Source of the DNA: a candidate division WOR-1 bacterium RIFOXYB2_FULL_42_35
GTDB lineage: Bacteria; Margulisbacteria; WOR-1; O2-12-FULL-45-9
Assembly: GCA_001771545.1 (NCBI GenBank)
Contig: MEUC01000029.1
Span: 1,445 to 65,444 of the forward strand
Length of the DNA stretch: 64,000 nucleotides
Direction of reading: 5' to 3'
The stretch's first letter is position 1, and every line of letters begins with the position of its first letter. Both the position numbers and the translations under genes were made by a program. Below the pieces are notes generated by a model. The model was not told the DNA's origin, ran no database searches, and saw only the letters and a list, made by a program, of their open reading frames with translations. This document shows, one piece after another, positions 20,573 to 30,090 of the stretch.

Positions 20573-21004
20573 TTAAACAGGCGGAATAACCCGTAATATG
20601 TGGGCACGCAGGCTCTGTTTTTGCTGAATGTTTTTATCGTACCATTTAATGACGTAAAAACTTAAGCCAAAGCATAATAATCCGCTGATAATGGCCAGCG
20701 CATCAACTAGACGCGCCAAACCAAGTAAGTTTAATAATGTTGAAGCCAACAAATAACCGACCACCAAAAACAAGATGGGCAGAATAAAAACTACCAGCGA
20801 ACCTTTAACAATCTCTTGGCCGGGTATTTCCAACTCAACGATATCCCCTTGCTTGGCGCCAATCTCATTAACCGCCTCAATGCCAACCATATTTTCCGGT
20901 AGATTGTGGCAGAGCTGACATTTCTCACAAGCGGCTGTTCTTTTGAAGGCCACTTCAACAATATTACCGGCAACTAATTTATCAACGATGCCCTGTTCCC
21001 TCAT
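20573..21004 (-). CDS. RseC/MucC-family protein (SoxR-reducing-system component), upstream of rnfC.
   Basis: N-terminal Cys cluster CEKCQLC followed by two TM helices. This is the typical RseC architecture and operon position. Confidence 0.6.
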   Translation of the reverse strand: MREQGIVDKLVAGNIVEVAFKRTAACEKCQLCHNLPENMVGIEAVNEIGAKQGDIVELEIPGQEIVKGSLVVFILPILFLVVGYLLASTLLNLLGLARLVDALAIISGLLCFGLSFYVIKWYDKNIQQKQSLRAHILRVIPPV

Positions 21005-21345
21005 TTTTTGACCACTTCACTGGCATGAAGAAAGGCATTGCCCAACGAGACAACCGTGGAAAAACTCATAATAAAATTCCAATGCGGATCAGAATCAGGA
21101 AACATTACTCTAGAGGCCTGGCGTTCCAGAATATAGCCCCACATAATCGCAAAAGGCAAGGTTTGCCAGAAAGTAATGTCTGCCTCTTGCCAGAAGTTTG
21201 GCACAGTTGCTTCGGTAGTTGCAGCTAAAATTGGTGTGCAGCTCAGCGTTAATATTAAAACAAAAGCAATTAACCGCATTGTCAGAATTATATCATGCCT
21301 AAGGTCAAAAATTAGCCCCAGTTGCAGGCAGGCAGGTTGAATCAA
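21001..21345 (-). CDS. Hypothetical small membrane/secreted protein.
   Basis: Hydrophobic N-terminus MRLIAFVLILTLSCTPILAA. Heads the rseC-rnf gene string. Confidence 0.35.
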   Translation of the reverse strand: MIQPACLQLGLIFDLRHDIILTMRLIAFVLILTLSCTPILAATTEATVPNFWQEADITFWQTLPFAIMWGYILERQASRVMFPDSDPHWNFIMSFSTVVSLGNAFLHASEVVKK

Positions 21346-21405
21346 TTCCTTAAATAATGATATAATGCCTTTGTTTAGCAGTGGCCGACAAGGGAGGGGA
21401 ACAGG

Positions 21406-21714
21406 ATGAATAAGGAAAAAATGGCAGCTACATTAGAAAAAATTGAAAAACTGATTATTGATGGGCAGCAAGAGATTCTAGAGAAGATCAGCGAAAACGC
21501 TCAAAGGATAGATCAACTAGACGAAAAATTGGGTGGAAAGATAGATAAGCTTGATAAAAGAATTGATCGACTGGAGCAGAAAGTTGACAGGATTGATCAG
21601 AAACACGATACGAATACGCAAGCCCTTTACGATTTATTACAAGACACAAACAGGGATGTTAAGAGAATCGAGGAGAAACTAGACAAGCATTGCCAGCAAC
21701 CGGTTCATGCATAG
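21406..21714 (+). CDS. Hypothetical coiled-coil protein.
   Basis: Heptad-rich KIDKLDKRIDRLEQKVDRIDQK. Confidence 0.4.
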   Translation: MNKEKMAATLEKIEKLIIDGQQEILEKISENAQRIDQLDEKLGGKIDKLDKRIDRLEQKVDRIDQKHDTNTQALYDLLQDTNRDVKRIEEKLDKHCQQPVHA

Positions 21715-21723
21715 GAGATAAAA

Positions 21724-22065
21724 ATGCTACTTTCTGTCTTTAAATCGAAAATCCATATGGCCACGATTACCGATACCCAGCCCTTATATCAAGGGAGTAT
21801 TGGGATTGATAAAAAACTGATTGAAGCAGCTGGTTTAATTGCCGGCGAAAAAGTCCATGTCTTAAATTCCAACAACAGCAGTCGTTTTGAAACTTATGTC
21901 ATTGAGGGGGTTGATGGAGAAATTTCTCTGCGTGGCCCAGCCGCTAAACTCGGCAAAAAAGGCGATAAAGTAATTATTATTGCTTATGCTCTCGCTGAAC
22001 CAGAAGAAGCCAAAACCATTAAACCTAAAATTGTTTTAGTTGACGAGCGGAACGAGGTTAAGTAA
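21724..22065 (+). CDS. panD: Aspartate 1-decarboxylase.
   Basis: MLLSVFKSKIHMATITDTQPLYQGSIGID aligns with the PanD N-terminus, including the pyruvoyl Ser. Confidence 0.85.
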   Translation: MLLSVFKSKIHMATITDTQPLYQGSIGIDKKLIEAAGLIAGEKVHVLNSNNSSRFETYVIEGVDGEISLRGPAAKLGKKGDKVIIIAYALAEPEEAKTIKPKIVLVDERNEVK

Positions 22066-22271
22066 AATCATCTTTACCCTTTAGTTTCTTGTTATTCTAA
22101 TAAAATCACTTTCCGCCTTTGAAAGGCAAAGAGAATTTAAATCTACAAATCGTGCTCGCCCATTCCCATTAACTTTCATACTAATATATCGACAAAATAT
22201 AGCTGTAATTTCACCTTGCCCCAAAAAATATTAAATGCTAAAATGACCAAGATTCACAGAGGAGGAAAAAC

Positions 22272-23147
22272 ATGACAAAAACACTAAAAATCGGGCTACC
22301 AAAAGGCAGTTTACAAGAGTCAACCTTTGAACTCTTTAAGAAAGCTGGCTGGACAATTAAGGGCTCTTCCCGCTCCTACTTCCCTTCTGTTGACGATGTA
22401 GAACTAGAATTCATGCTCAGCCGCGCGCAAGAGATGGCTCGCTACGTCGAATCAGGAGTGATTGATTGCGGCTTAACCGGTACCGACTGGGTGATGGAAT
22501 CCGGCTGCAAAGTTAAAAAAGTGGCTGACCTGGTTTACGCTAAACAAGGCTTGAGAAAAGTTCGTTGGGTCATCGCTGTACCAGAAAATTCAAAAATCAA
22601 AACCATTAAAGACCTGCAAGGCAAACGCATTGCCACCGAATTGGTTAAATTCACCCAAAAGTATCTCAAGGCTAACAAGGTTAACGCCCAGGTTGATTTT
22701 TCTTGGGGCGCTACCGAAGCAAAACCACCGGAACTGGCAGATGCAATTGTGGAATTAACAGAGACCGGTTCTTCACTGCGCGCTAACCGCTTAAAGATCA
22801 TTGATACTATACTTGAATCAAACACTGTGGTAATTGCCAATCCGGCTTGTTTAAATGATACCTGGAAAAAAGAAAAGCTGGATAACGTTATCCTACTCTT
22901 AAAAGGCGCTTTGGCCGCAGAAACTAAGGTTGGCCTAAAAATGAATGTGATGAAAAACCAACTCAACAATATCTTGAAGATTCTCCCTGCCCTACAAACC
23001 CCAACCATTGCCGAATTAGCCAATAACACCTGGGTAGATGTTGATACTGTAATTGATGAAGAAGCTGTGCGAGAGTTGCTGCCTCGTTTGAAAAAAGCCG
23101 GAGCTAGGGGAATTGTGGAGTATCCGTTGAATAAGGTTATTGATTAA
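22272..23147 (+). CDS. hisG: ATP phosphoribosyltransferase (long form with C-terminal regulatory domain).
   Basis: [14 protein letters not shown]…DCGLTGTDW…. Confidence 0.85.
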   Translation: MTKTLKIGLPKGSLQESTFELFKKAGWTIKGSSRSYFPSVDDVELEFMLSRAQEMARYVESGVIDCGLTGTDWVMESGCKVKKVADLVYAKQGLRKVRWVIAVPENSKIKTIKDLQGKRIATELVKFTQKYLKANKVNAQVDFSWGATEAKPPELADAIVELTETGSSLRANRLKIIDTILESNTVVIANPACLNDTWKKEKLDNVILLLKGALAAETKVGLKMNVMKNQLNNILKILPALQTPTIAELANNTWVDVDTVIDEEAVRELLPRLKKAGARGIVEYPLNKVID

Positions 23148-23385
23148 GCAAGGTTCCAACTAGGCCTACCAAATCACTGACCGTGTGAACATCCTTTAGT
23201 TTAGCCTCAGGCACGTCAAGATTATATTGCTGATCAAGAGCAGCAAAGATTTCTACCCCCAAAATAGAATCAACCCCTAAATCAACAAAAAGATCTGAGT
23301 TGAGAAATATTTTGTCCTCAGGCAACTTAACTATCTTAGCAATCAGAGATCTGATTGCTCCGAATAATTCTTCCTTATTTATCAT
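23137..23385 (-). CDS. acpP: Acyl carrier protein.
   Basis: [11 protein letters not shown] phosphopantetheine attachment motif. Confidence 0.8.
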   Translation of the reverse strand: MINKEELFGAIRSLIAKIVKLPEDKIFLNSDLFVDLGVDSILGVEIFAALDQQYNLDVPEAKLKDVHTVSDLVGLVGTLLNQ

Positions 23386-25012
23386 TTAGCATCATCTCCA
23401 CCTCGTGTCTTTTAACTTTCTTTAACCTGGTCTTAGGCAGTTCATCATTACGAATAATAAATTTGGCAATGCGCTTACAATCGGCAACACTGCGATTAAA
23501 CTGCTGAATCTCAATAGACAGTTTACGTTTAATAAAGTCATGACTTGTCTCGCCAATTTTCTTAAAAAAATCCTGGTCAGGCACAATCACGGCCACGACC
23601 TGTTCTGTCCCCTTGCGAATCCCTTCTTTTACTTTCTCACCCAAAACACAACACTCGGCTATTAAGGGACTTTTACTTAAAAGAAACTCCAGCTCTTCCG
23701 GATAAACATTTACCCCTGAAGAGGTAACAATAATATCCTTGGAGCGACCAGTAATAAACAAATATCCATCCTCATCCAAATAACCGACATCCCCGGTATA
23801 GAGCCAACCATTAATTAGAACTCTCGAGCTTAACTCTTTTTGTTTATAATAACCCTTCATAATATTAGGACCAAAGGCCAGGATTTCTCCCACCAGCTCT
23901 GTACCAGCAATCTTAATTTCTACTCCAGGAATAGCCTTGCCCACAGAACCAAGACGATTATTCTTTAGAGTATTGCAGGTCAGCACTGGCGCTGATTCAC
24001 TCAAACCATAGCCTTGCAGCAAAGTAAAACCTAATAGTTCAAAATTTCTAGCTAATTGCGGATCAAGGGCTGCCCCACCAGAAACAAAAAAGCGGATTTT
24101 ACCACCAAACTTCTTATGGATCACTGAAAAAAAATATTTGCCAATATTGATGCCAATCAGAGTTTTAACTGCTTTGGCTAAAAACAACAAGCCTGAGAAG
24201 ACCCTGGTTTTATTCTTGGCCTCAACTTCTCGCAGAATCCCATCGTAAAAGACTTGATACAACAAGGGAACCCCGCACATAATTGTTACATCAGTCTCCT
24301 TCATATTACGCAGGATATTATTTGACTTTAAACTTTCGGCATAGGTTATCGAAGCCCCCTTGGAAAATGGGCCCAGGAATCCGGCAGTTGTTTCAAAAGT
24401 GTGCTGCAAGGGCAAAACCGATAAAAAGGTATCGCCAGGACCAAAATCAAACAAAGAGGCTGTGCCAGAAACATCAGACATTATATTTTTATGGGTCAGC
24501 ATTACACCCTTGGGAACACCGGTTGTGCCAGAGGTATAAACAATTGAAGCCAAATCATCCGGACTGACCTCCGCACTAACTTCCCCTTCTCCCCCAGTAG
24601 CTAAGCGATCAAAGTCTTCTACAAAAATACGACTAATTTCTACACCGGTGACTTTAATAAGAGCGGAAAAGTTTCTGCCTAAAATAATTACCTTTGCCCC
24701 GCAATCACCAAGAAGAAAACTAACTTCTTCCGGTTTAAGCATGGCATCGAGGGGCACAACCACAGCACCCAGACTTGTAATCGCCAGAAAAGAGATGGGC
24801 CACTCCGGCCTGTTTTCCGACAACAAGGCAACACGATCACCATGTTTGATCCCCAGCTTTACCAAGGCAGCTTGAATTTTTCTGACCAACAAAGCAACTT
24901 CTTGATAAGTATACTTAAGATAGCGGTCTTCCTGTCTGATTTGAAAAGCGACCTGATTGCGGTATTGCTCTACACTTTCTTCAAGCAGCTGCTTAATCGT
25001 TATTATTTCCAT
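23375..25012 (-). CDS. AMP-dependent synthetase / long-chain fatty-acid–CoA (or –ACP) ligase.
   Basis: YTSGTTGVPKGVMLTHKN AMP-binding motif. It sits immediately upstream of an ACP gene. Confidence 0.8.
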   Translation of the reverse strand: MEIITIKQLLEESVEQYRNQVAFQIRQEDRYLKYTYQEVALLVRKIQAALVKLGIKHGDRVALLSENRPEWPISFLAITSLGAVVVPLDAMLKPEEVSFLLGDCGAKVIILGRNFSALIKVTGVEISRIFVEDFDRLATGGEGEVSAEVSPDDLASIVYTSGTTGVPKGVMLTHKNIMSDVSGTASLFDFGPGDTFLSVLPLQHTFETTAGFLGPFSKGASITYAESLKSNNILRNMKETDVTIMCGVPLLYQVFYDGILREVEAKNKTRVFSGLLFLAKAVKTLIGINIGKYFFSVIHKKFGGKIRFFVSGGAALDPQLARNFELLGFTLLQGYGLSESAPVLTCNTLKNNRLGSVGKAIPGVEIKIAGTELVGEILAFGPNIMKGYYKQKELSSRVLINGWLYTGDVGYLDEDGYLFITGRSKDIIVTSSGVNVYPEELEFLLSKSPLIAECCVLGEKVKEGIRKGTEQVVAVIVPDQDFFKKIGETSHDFIKRKLSIEIQQFNRSVADCKRIAKFIIRNDELPKTRLKKVKRHEVEMMLNDK

Positions 25013-25029
25013 ATTAAACTACAATGGTT

Positions 25030-25080
25030 TTCCTTAATTTTGAGCTTTGGTCTTTGATCTTTGAACTTTAGTCTTCTAGG
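25030..25080. repeat. Heptamer-periodic CTTTG repeat tract (ATTTTG-AGCTTTG-GTCTTTG-ATCTTTG-AACTTTA).
   Basis: Seen directly. A member of the dispersed low-complexity family. Confidence 0.6.
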
Positions 25081-25672
25081 CTGCCATCATCCGTAAATAC
25101 ATTGGCCCATAAATAGTACCCAGCAACAAGCCGGAAATAATGAAGTTCGCTATCAAGGCAAGCAATAAAATTACCACAACAAACCAAAATGATTTGTTTC
25201 CTGGAGTGCCCAAAATCTCGGAAAGCCCTAGAACCAGCAAATAAACCCCGTAAAGACCTAGCAAAGATAGAACCCCCAAACCAGGCACAAGAGAAAATAT
25301 GCCTACCACCCAAGTTGGGGTGGTAGAATAAACCACTACTTTCATGGCTGCATCAAAATCTACTTTTGATTCAAAATAAGGAGCCAGGCTCTTAATAATT
25401 AATGCTCCTAGCCACAAAATAGCTAAACTAAAAATATAGGCAACTATCCCACCTAGTAAAGTTAGATTAAAGGGAGCCCTCATCACTGCCCCAGACGGCA
25501 TGCGAATCCCAAAAATAGTCAGACCAATTAAGCTGGCCACCGGAGGAATTAAAGCCAAAGGCGCCGCATAATTAACAAACAATTGCTTGGCGCTTATTTT
25601 TTCCTCTTTAATACTCTGCCAGGCAATCCTGGGGTTAAAAACAAGCTCGAGAACTCTTTCCTTGATAGTCAT
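25076..25672 (-). CDS. Yip1-domain membrane protein.
   Basis: Five predicted TM helices with a Yip1-like N-terminus …IAWQSIKEE…. Confidence 0.55.
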   Translation of the reverse strand: MTIKERVLELVFNPRIAWQSIKEEKISAKQLFVNYAAPLALIPPVASLIGLTIFGIRMPSGAVMRAPFNLTLLGGIVAYIFSLAILWLGALIIKSLAPYFESKVDFDAAMKVVVYSTTPTWVVGIFSLVPGLGVLSLLGLYGVYLLVLGLSEILGTPGNKSFWFVVVILLLALIANFIISGLLLGTIYGPMYLRMMAA

Positions 25673-25783
25673 TTTTTCTCCTCCCTGTCTGCCCTCCTCC
25701 GGTGGGTAAACCGGCAGGCAGACTGTTAAAAAATCTTATCATTTACAGCTTGTCATCGCAAGGTGGTTTTGTTAAACTTTTAA

Positions 25784-27001
25784 TTGATCGAGCACAAAAA
25801 ACAGGAGACCCCTGTGTTAAAGAAACTGTCCATTATTTTATTATTGATCTGTTTCAGTCTTCAAAGTGCTTTTGCCCTTTATGGAGCAAGGCCGATGGGC
25901 ATGGGCCAAGCTTTTACAGCTGTTGCTAACGATGCCAATGCTAGCCGCTGGAACCCGGCAGGATTAGCCTTAAATCCAGAAGTAGTTATTAATAGTTCAA
26001 CTATGGCCAATAATCGCAATCGTTGGGTTGGTGATAATCTTTTAAACCTCAAGATGTGTTATGAAACAGAAATGGATCCCTTTTCCTGGATTGCCGGTGT
26101 CGGTTTAGCTTCCCTGTTCGCCTATGAAGGAGCCAGATATTTGGGGGATAAAGGAATCTTAAAAAAGGGCTGGGGCAGATCAGGAACAAAGACAGAACGC
26201 GGCCAAGCCTTGATTACAGAAGGGACCGGAGAAGCTGTTAGCTTAAAAGCTAAATTAAACAGTACCGCCAATGTTGTTCTTAAGGATACCGATCAAGCTG
26301 TTAGATCAACCGCCAGAGAGGCGGCAGACAGGGCAAGATGGTACTATCTGACCCCCTGGGCCACCCCCTGGTACAACAATCGTAATCACTCCCAACCACG
26401 AGATAAACGAGGAAATCCTACCAAAACTAAAGCCCAATTTGCTCTGGGGCTTAGCTGGCTCAATGATTACAATCCTCCCAGTGATGAAAATGCCAACTGG
26501 TACACAATTACCGTTGCTTCTGGCTTTGAGAAAAGAGTTGCCGTTGGCGGAAATATTAATATCTATAACATGGAAAAAATTAGCTCTGGCATCAGGGGTA
26601 TCGGCGGTGACCTGGATATTGGGGTGATTGCTAAACCGGTTGAGTATCTTTCTTTTGGCCTGGTTTCTCAAGGTATTTTAACCACAGACATTACTTGGCA
26701 AAATGGCAGCACCAGCCGTTATGAAATGATCACTAATATTGGCCTTGCCATTGAACCGGTTCCTGCACTAACCTTAGCGGCAGACATGCACAATGTTCTC
26801 CATCAAAACAACAGTCAGCCAACCTATCATTACGGAGTAGAAGCTGCCCTAATGCCAGGATTAATTGCCCGGGCCGGGTTATCAGACGGGAGCAAAACTG
26901 CCGGCTTAAGCCTAATAATTGGCCGGCTCACCATTGATTATGCTTATTTAGGCGGCACCTATAACCGAACTCAAATGATTGGCGGCTCCTGGAGCCTATA
27001 A
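25784..27001 (+). CDS. Outer-membrane beta-barrel protein of the FadL/TodX (OMPP1) type.
   Basis: Signal peptide, then ALYGARPMGMGQAFTAVANDANASRWNPAGLA. This matches the FadL hatch-domain N-terminal motif. Confidence 0.6.
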   Translation: MIEHKKQETPVLKKLSIILLLICFSLQSAFALYGARPMGMGQAFTAVANDANASRWNPAGLALNPEVVINSSTMANNRNRWVGDNLLNLKMCYETEMDPFSWIAGVGLASLFAYEGARYLGDKGILKKGWGRSGTKTERGQALITEGTGEAVSLKAKLNSTANVVLKDTDQAVRSTAREAADRARWYYLTPWATPWYNNRNHSQPRDKRGNPTKTKAQFALGLSWLNDYNPPSDENANWYTITVASGFEKRVAVGGNINIYNMEKISSGIRGIGGDLDIGVIAKPVEYLSFGLVSQGILTTDITWQNGSTSRYEMITNIGLAIEPVPALTLAADMHNVLHQNNSQPTYHYGVEAALMPGLIARAGLSDGSKTAGLSLIIGRLTIDYAYLGGTYNRTQMIGGSWSL

Positions 27002-27002
27002 A

Positions 27003-28511
27003 ATGTTAAAAGATCTTCTTGACGTTAAACGACCAACTACCTGGGGGAATCTTCCTCGCCTCAATCATCATTTATGCAAAGAATGGATCACCACTAATTT
27101 TAAAGACATCTTAGAAACACTGCAAAACACCCCACCGGAAAACTTGGAACCATGGAATACTCTGGGTTTTGTTTGCATTGACAACAATCTCTACCAGGAA
27201 GCAGAAAAAATCTACGATGAATTATTTAAAAAAACCCAAAAGAAACATGGCAACATCGGACTGCCCGCCTACTTTCGCGGGATTGCTCATTTTCTTCAAG
27301 GCAGATTCCAAGACGCTTATAAAGACTTTAAGATGGCCAGACAATTTGAGATTCAGACTAAAAAAGTTAGTGGCACATCTTCACGAGCTATTGCCTATAT
27401 GGAAGAGACCCTTTTTCCTACCAGGGAAATAATCAAAAACAACCAAGCCAGGCTAATTAAAGATCTTAATAATCCCCGTAGCCTTGACCACAATATTGGA
27501 CCTAACATGCTCAGAACAATTCATAAATGGAACTCAGCCACTCCCCTTTTCTCTCACAGCATTTCCCAAGGCGGCGGCTATTTCCTTACTTTAAAAAATA
27601 AACATGGTCAAACCAAAGGGATTGCCATTGATCCTGGCTATGATTTTTTTGATATTTTTAGGGACACCGGCTTGGGCATTGCCGATATTGACGCCATAAT
27701 TATTACTCATGACCATGATGACCATACCGAGTCAGTGGAAGGAATTCTTTCTCTCCTGGCTAAATATAATGATCATAATGAACAAAAAAACACTAAAGTT
27801 CTGGATATCTTTGGTTCTTCCGGCACACTGCTTAAGTTTCACGGCCTGCTTTCAGCCACAGACCTATTTGGCAATCGGGAAATAAACTTCAAGCTCTTGG
27901 TTCCGGGTTCGGAAATCACTGAAATTGAGAATGTTTCTCTCCAAGAAAAACACGGCTTCACCCTGTCAATTAAGCCGGCTCATCATACCGAACGCTGGAC
28001 CAATCAAGAGTCTGCTGTTGGTTTGGTCATCCACACCAATATCCCGGACATTAAGAATGGCGGCCAACTAAACATAGGGATCACTGGAGACACTCGCTAC
28101 GAAGTTGGCATTGGCCGGGCTTACAAGGACTGTCAGGTTTTATTACTGAATATTGGTTCCGTAGAAAAAGAAGAAGGCAAATTTTTAAGCCAACATTTGG
28201 GCATGATTGGTTGTATCAACCTATTAAAAGAGGCCCGCTTAGACAAACATCTGTTGGCCATCCTAACTGAATTTGGCGAAGAGTTTTCCGGTAAGAGAGA
28301 TATTATCAGCCGCATCTTAGAAAACTGGGCCCAACCAATGGCCGGCAACAAACAAAAACAGTTACGGGTTATTCCTGCTGATGTACACCTAGAAGTTCGT
28401 CTGGAAGACTTAAATATCCGCGAAACAGAGACTAAGGTTTTCTTCCCTTATAATATGATTGAAATTGACGAGTCTGATCCGGAAATTTTGAAATACAAGT
28501 TTAATGGCTGA
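27003..28511 (+). CDS. MBL-fold metallo-hydrolase with an N-terminal TPR-like domain.
   Basis: IITHDHDDHTESVEG (HxHxDH) plus downstream His/Asp ligands. Confidence 0.7.
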   Translation: MLKDLLDVKRPTTWGNLPRLNHHLCKEWITTNFKDILETLQNTPPENLEPWNTLGFVCIDNNLYQEAEKIYDELFKKTQKKHGNIGLPAYFRGIAHFLQGRFQDAYKDFKMARQFEIQTKKVSGTSSRAIAYMEETLFPTREIIKNNQARLIKDLNNPRSLDHNIGPNMLRTIHKWNSATPLFSHSISQGGGYFLTLKNKHGQTKGIAIDPGYDFFDIFRDTGLGIADIDAIIITHDHDDHTESVEGILSLLAKYNDHNEQKNTKVLDIFGSSGTLLKFHGLLSATDLFGNREINFKLLVPGSEITEIENVSLQEKHGFTLSIKPAHHTERWTNQESAVGLVIHTNIPDIKNGGQLNIGITGDTRYEVGIGRAYKDCQVLLLNIGSVEKEEGKFLSQHLGMIGCINLLKEARLDKHLLAILTEFGEEFSGKRDIISRILENWAQPMAGNKQKQLRVIPADVHLEVRLEDLNIRETETKVFFPYNMIEIDESDPEILKYKFNG

Positions 28512-29907
28512 GATATTTTTCAACCACTTCTCTATCATCAAGAGATACTTTCTTCCCATTAAAATCCTGAAACTGCTCATGCCCCCGCCCAGCAATTAGA
28601 ACGGTGTCTCCCTTTTTCGCCATCGACAAGGCTTGTTCAATTGCCTTCTTCCTATCTATTTGAACTTTGAGCTTTGAGCTTGGGATTTCCTTTGAACTTT
28701 GAGCTTTGGACTTTGATCTTATAATGTCATCAATGATAGCCTGCGGCTCTTCCCCATGCGGATCGTCTGTAGTCACAATAACAAGATCAGCCAATCTTCC
28801 CGCAATCTCCCCCATCACCGGCCGTTTGGCTTTATCACGATCACCCGGGCAACCAAAAACGAGAATAACTTTGCCTTCAGTTAGAGGACGAAAAGTTTCT
28901 ATTAGTTTCTGCAATGCATCTGGTGAATGGGCAAAGTCGACAATAACACGAAATGGTTGCCCACAATCAACAGGCTCAACCCGACCTGGCACAGTTTTCA
29001 AGGCTTCAATCCCTTGTTTAATAACTCTTTGGGGAACACCAAGAACTAAGGCACACTGATAAGCAGCAACTATATTATAAACATTGGGCAGGCCAATTAA
29101 ATTCGTGCGAATATCCAAAGAATTTATTCTTAAAAGCATCTCCTTAGCCATGACCTTGATACTGACAATATTGGTATCAAAGTCATTATGTTTGGTATTA
29201 CGTAATTCATGCTTAGCCTGACCGATCCCATAAGTAACAACCTCTCCTGGAACAACAGCCATAACCTTATTAGTATAGGGATCATCAGCATTAATAATCG
29301 CAATCCCATCATTAGGCAGCATTTTAAATAATTCCAGTTTGGCAGCTAAGTACTGTTCCATATTTTGATGAAAATCAAGGTGATCGTGGGTCAAGTTTGT
29401 AAAGATAGCCACAGCAAACTCGCAACCAGCAACCCGCAACTGACTCAAGGCATGTGAGGAAACCTCCATGACACAATGGGTTACTCCCCTTTTAACCATT
29501 TCCGCCAACATCGGCTGCAGATCTGATGCCTCTGGAGTTGTTAAAGAAGAATTAATGGTGCCAATCACTTCGGTCTTATGACCGGCTTTTTTTAGAATCG
29601 ATTGAATAAGATAAGCTGTTGTGGTTTTTCCGTTTGTTCCAGTAATACCAATTAATTTTAATTTTTTAGAAGGATAATCATAAACCTCACAAGCCAACTC
29701 AGCCAAAGCTTTTCTTGCCGAGGAAACCTTCTTAAACTCTATTCCGGCAGGAACTTGGACATCTTTTTCAGCGACAATTAACTTGGCCCCGGCCTCAACT
29801 GCCTGAGGAATAAAATCAGTCCCATTAAACTTAGCCCCCGGAATAGCTACATAAATATAGCCCGGCTTAACCTTTCTTGAATCGTGTGTTATGCCCTTAT
29901 ACTTCAT
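28501..29907 (-). CDS. murE: UDP-N-acetylmuramoyl-L-alanyl-D-glutamate–2,6-diaminopimelate ligase.
   Basis: GITGTNGKTTTAYL and the DNPR-type motif. The probable true start is MKYKGITHDSRK at 29907. The 29949 ORF start lies in repeat DNA. Confidence 0.85.
   Translation of the reverse strand: MKYKGITHDSRKVKPGYIYVAIPGAKFNGTDFIPQAVEAGAKLIVAEKDVQVPAGIEFKKVSSARKALAELACEVYDYPSKKLKLIGITGTNGKTTTAYLIQSILKKAGHKTEVIGTINSSLTTPEASDLQPMLAEMVKRGVTHCVMEVSSHALSQLRVAGCEFAVAIFTNLTHDHLDFHQNMEQYLAAKLELFKMLPNDGIAIINADDPYTNKVMAVVPGEVVTYGIGQAKHELRNTKHNDFDTNIVSIKVMAKEMLLRINSLDIRTNLIGLPNVYNIVAAYQCALVLGVPQRVIKQGIEALKTVPGRVEPVDCGQPFRVIVDFAHSPDALQKLIETFRPLTEGKVILVFGCPGDRDKAKRPVMGEIAGRLADLVIVTTDDPHGEEPQAIIDDIIRSKSKAQSSKEIPSSKLKVQIDRKKAIEQALSMAKKGDTVLIAGRGHEQFQDFNGKKVSLDDREVVEKYLSH
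28650..28712. repeat. 63-bp CAAAGNN heptamer-repeat insertion lying in frame inside murE. It encodes SKSKAQSSKEIPSSKLKVQ.
   Basis: gaactttgagctttgagcttgggatttcctttgaactttgagctttggactttgatctt. The reverse complement translates in the murE frame. Confidence 0.7.
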
Positions 29908-29929
29908 AAAAGCTCCAAGATCAAAGTAC

Positions 29930-30090
29930 AAAGTCCAAAATAAGTCCAAAATCCCAAGAGCAAACTTACAAATTTGATCTTTTGACTTGGATCTTTGATA
30001 TTGTTTTGTCCCGCTTCCATCATCTGATAATTATTGCGGGATCCCGCAAGGCGGGAATCTTTGGACCTAGATCTTTGATCTTCCATATTA
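29930..30090. repeat. Palindromic array of heptamer-type repeats (CAAAGTC… then …TTTGATC) with an embedded TCCCGC-AAG-GCGGGA hairpin.
   Basis: Seen directly in the murE–femX intergenic region. Confidence 0.6.

Noticed and set aside
22065-22272. Hairpin GCCTTTGAAAGGC between panD and hisG, as a terminator, riboswitch or leader
   Set aside because: It has a short stem with no following U-tract and no recognisable riboswitch consensus. There is insufficient evidence.
29908-29949. N-terminal 14 codons of the murE ORF (MDLFWTLYFDLGAF)
   Set aside because: They are encoded by repeat DNA and precede the conserved MurE start MKYKGITHDSRK. This is likely 5'-UTR, not coding.
25030-30090. Possible CRISPR array, suggested by the many short repeats
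   Set aside because: The units are degenerate, 7 bp long, contiguous without unique spacers, and dispersed as short tracts. No cas genes are present. This is not a CRISPR array.
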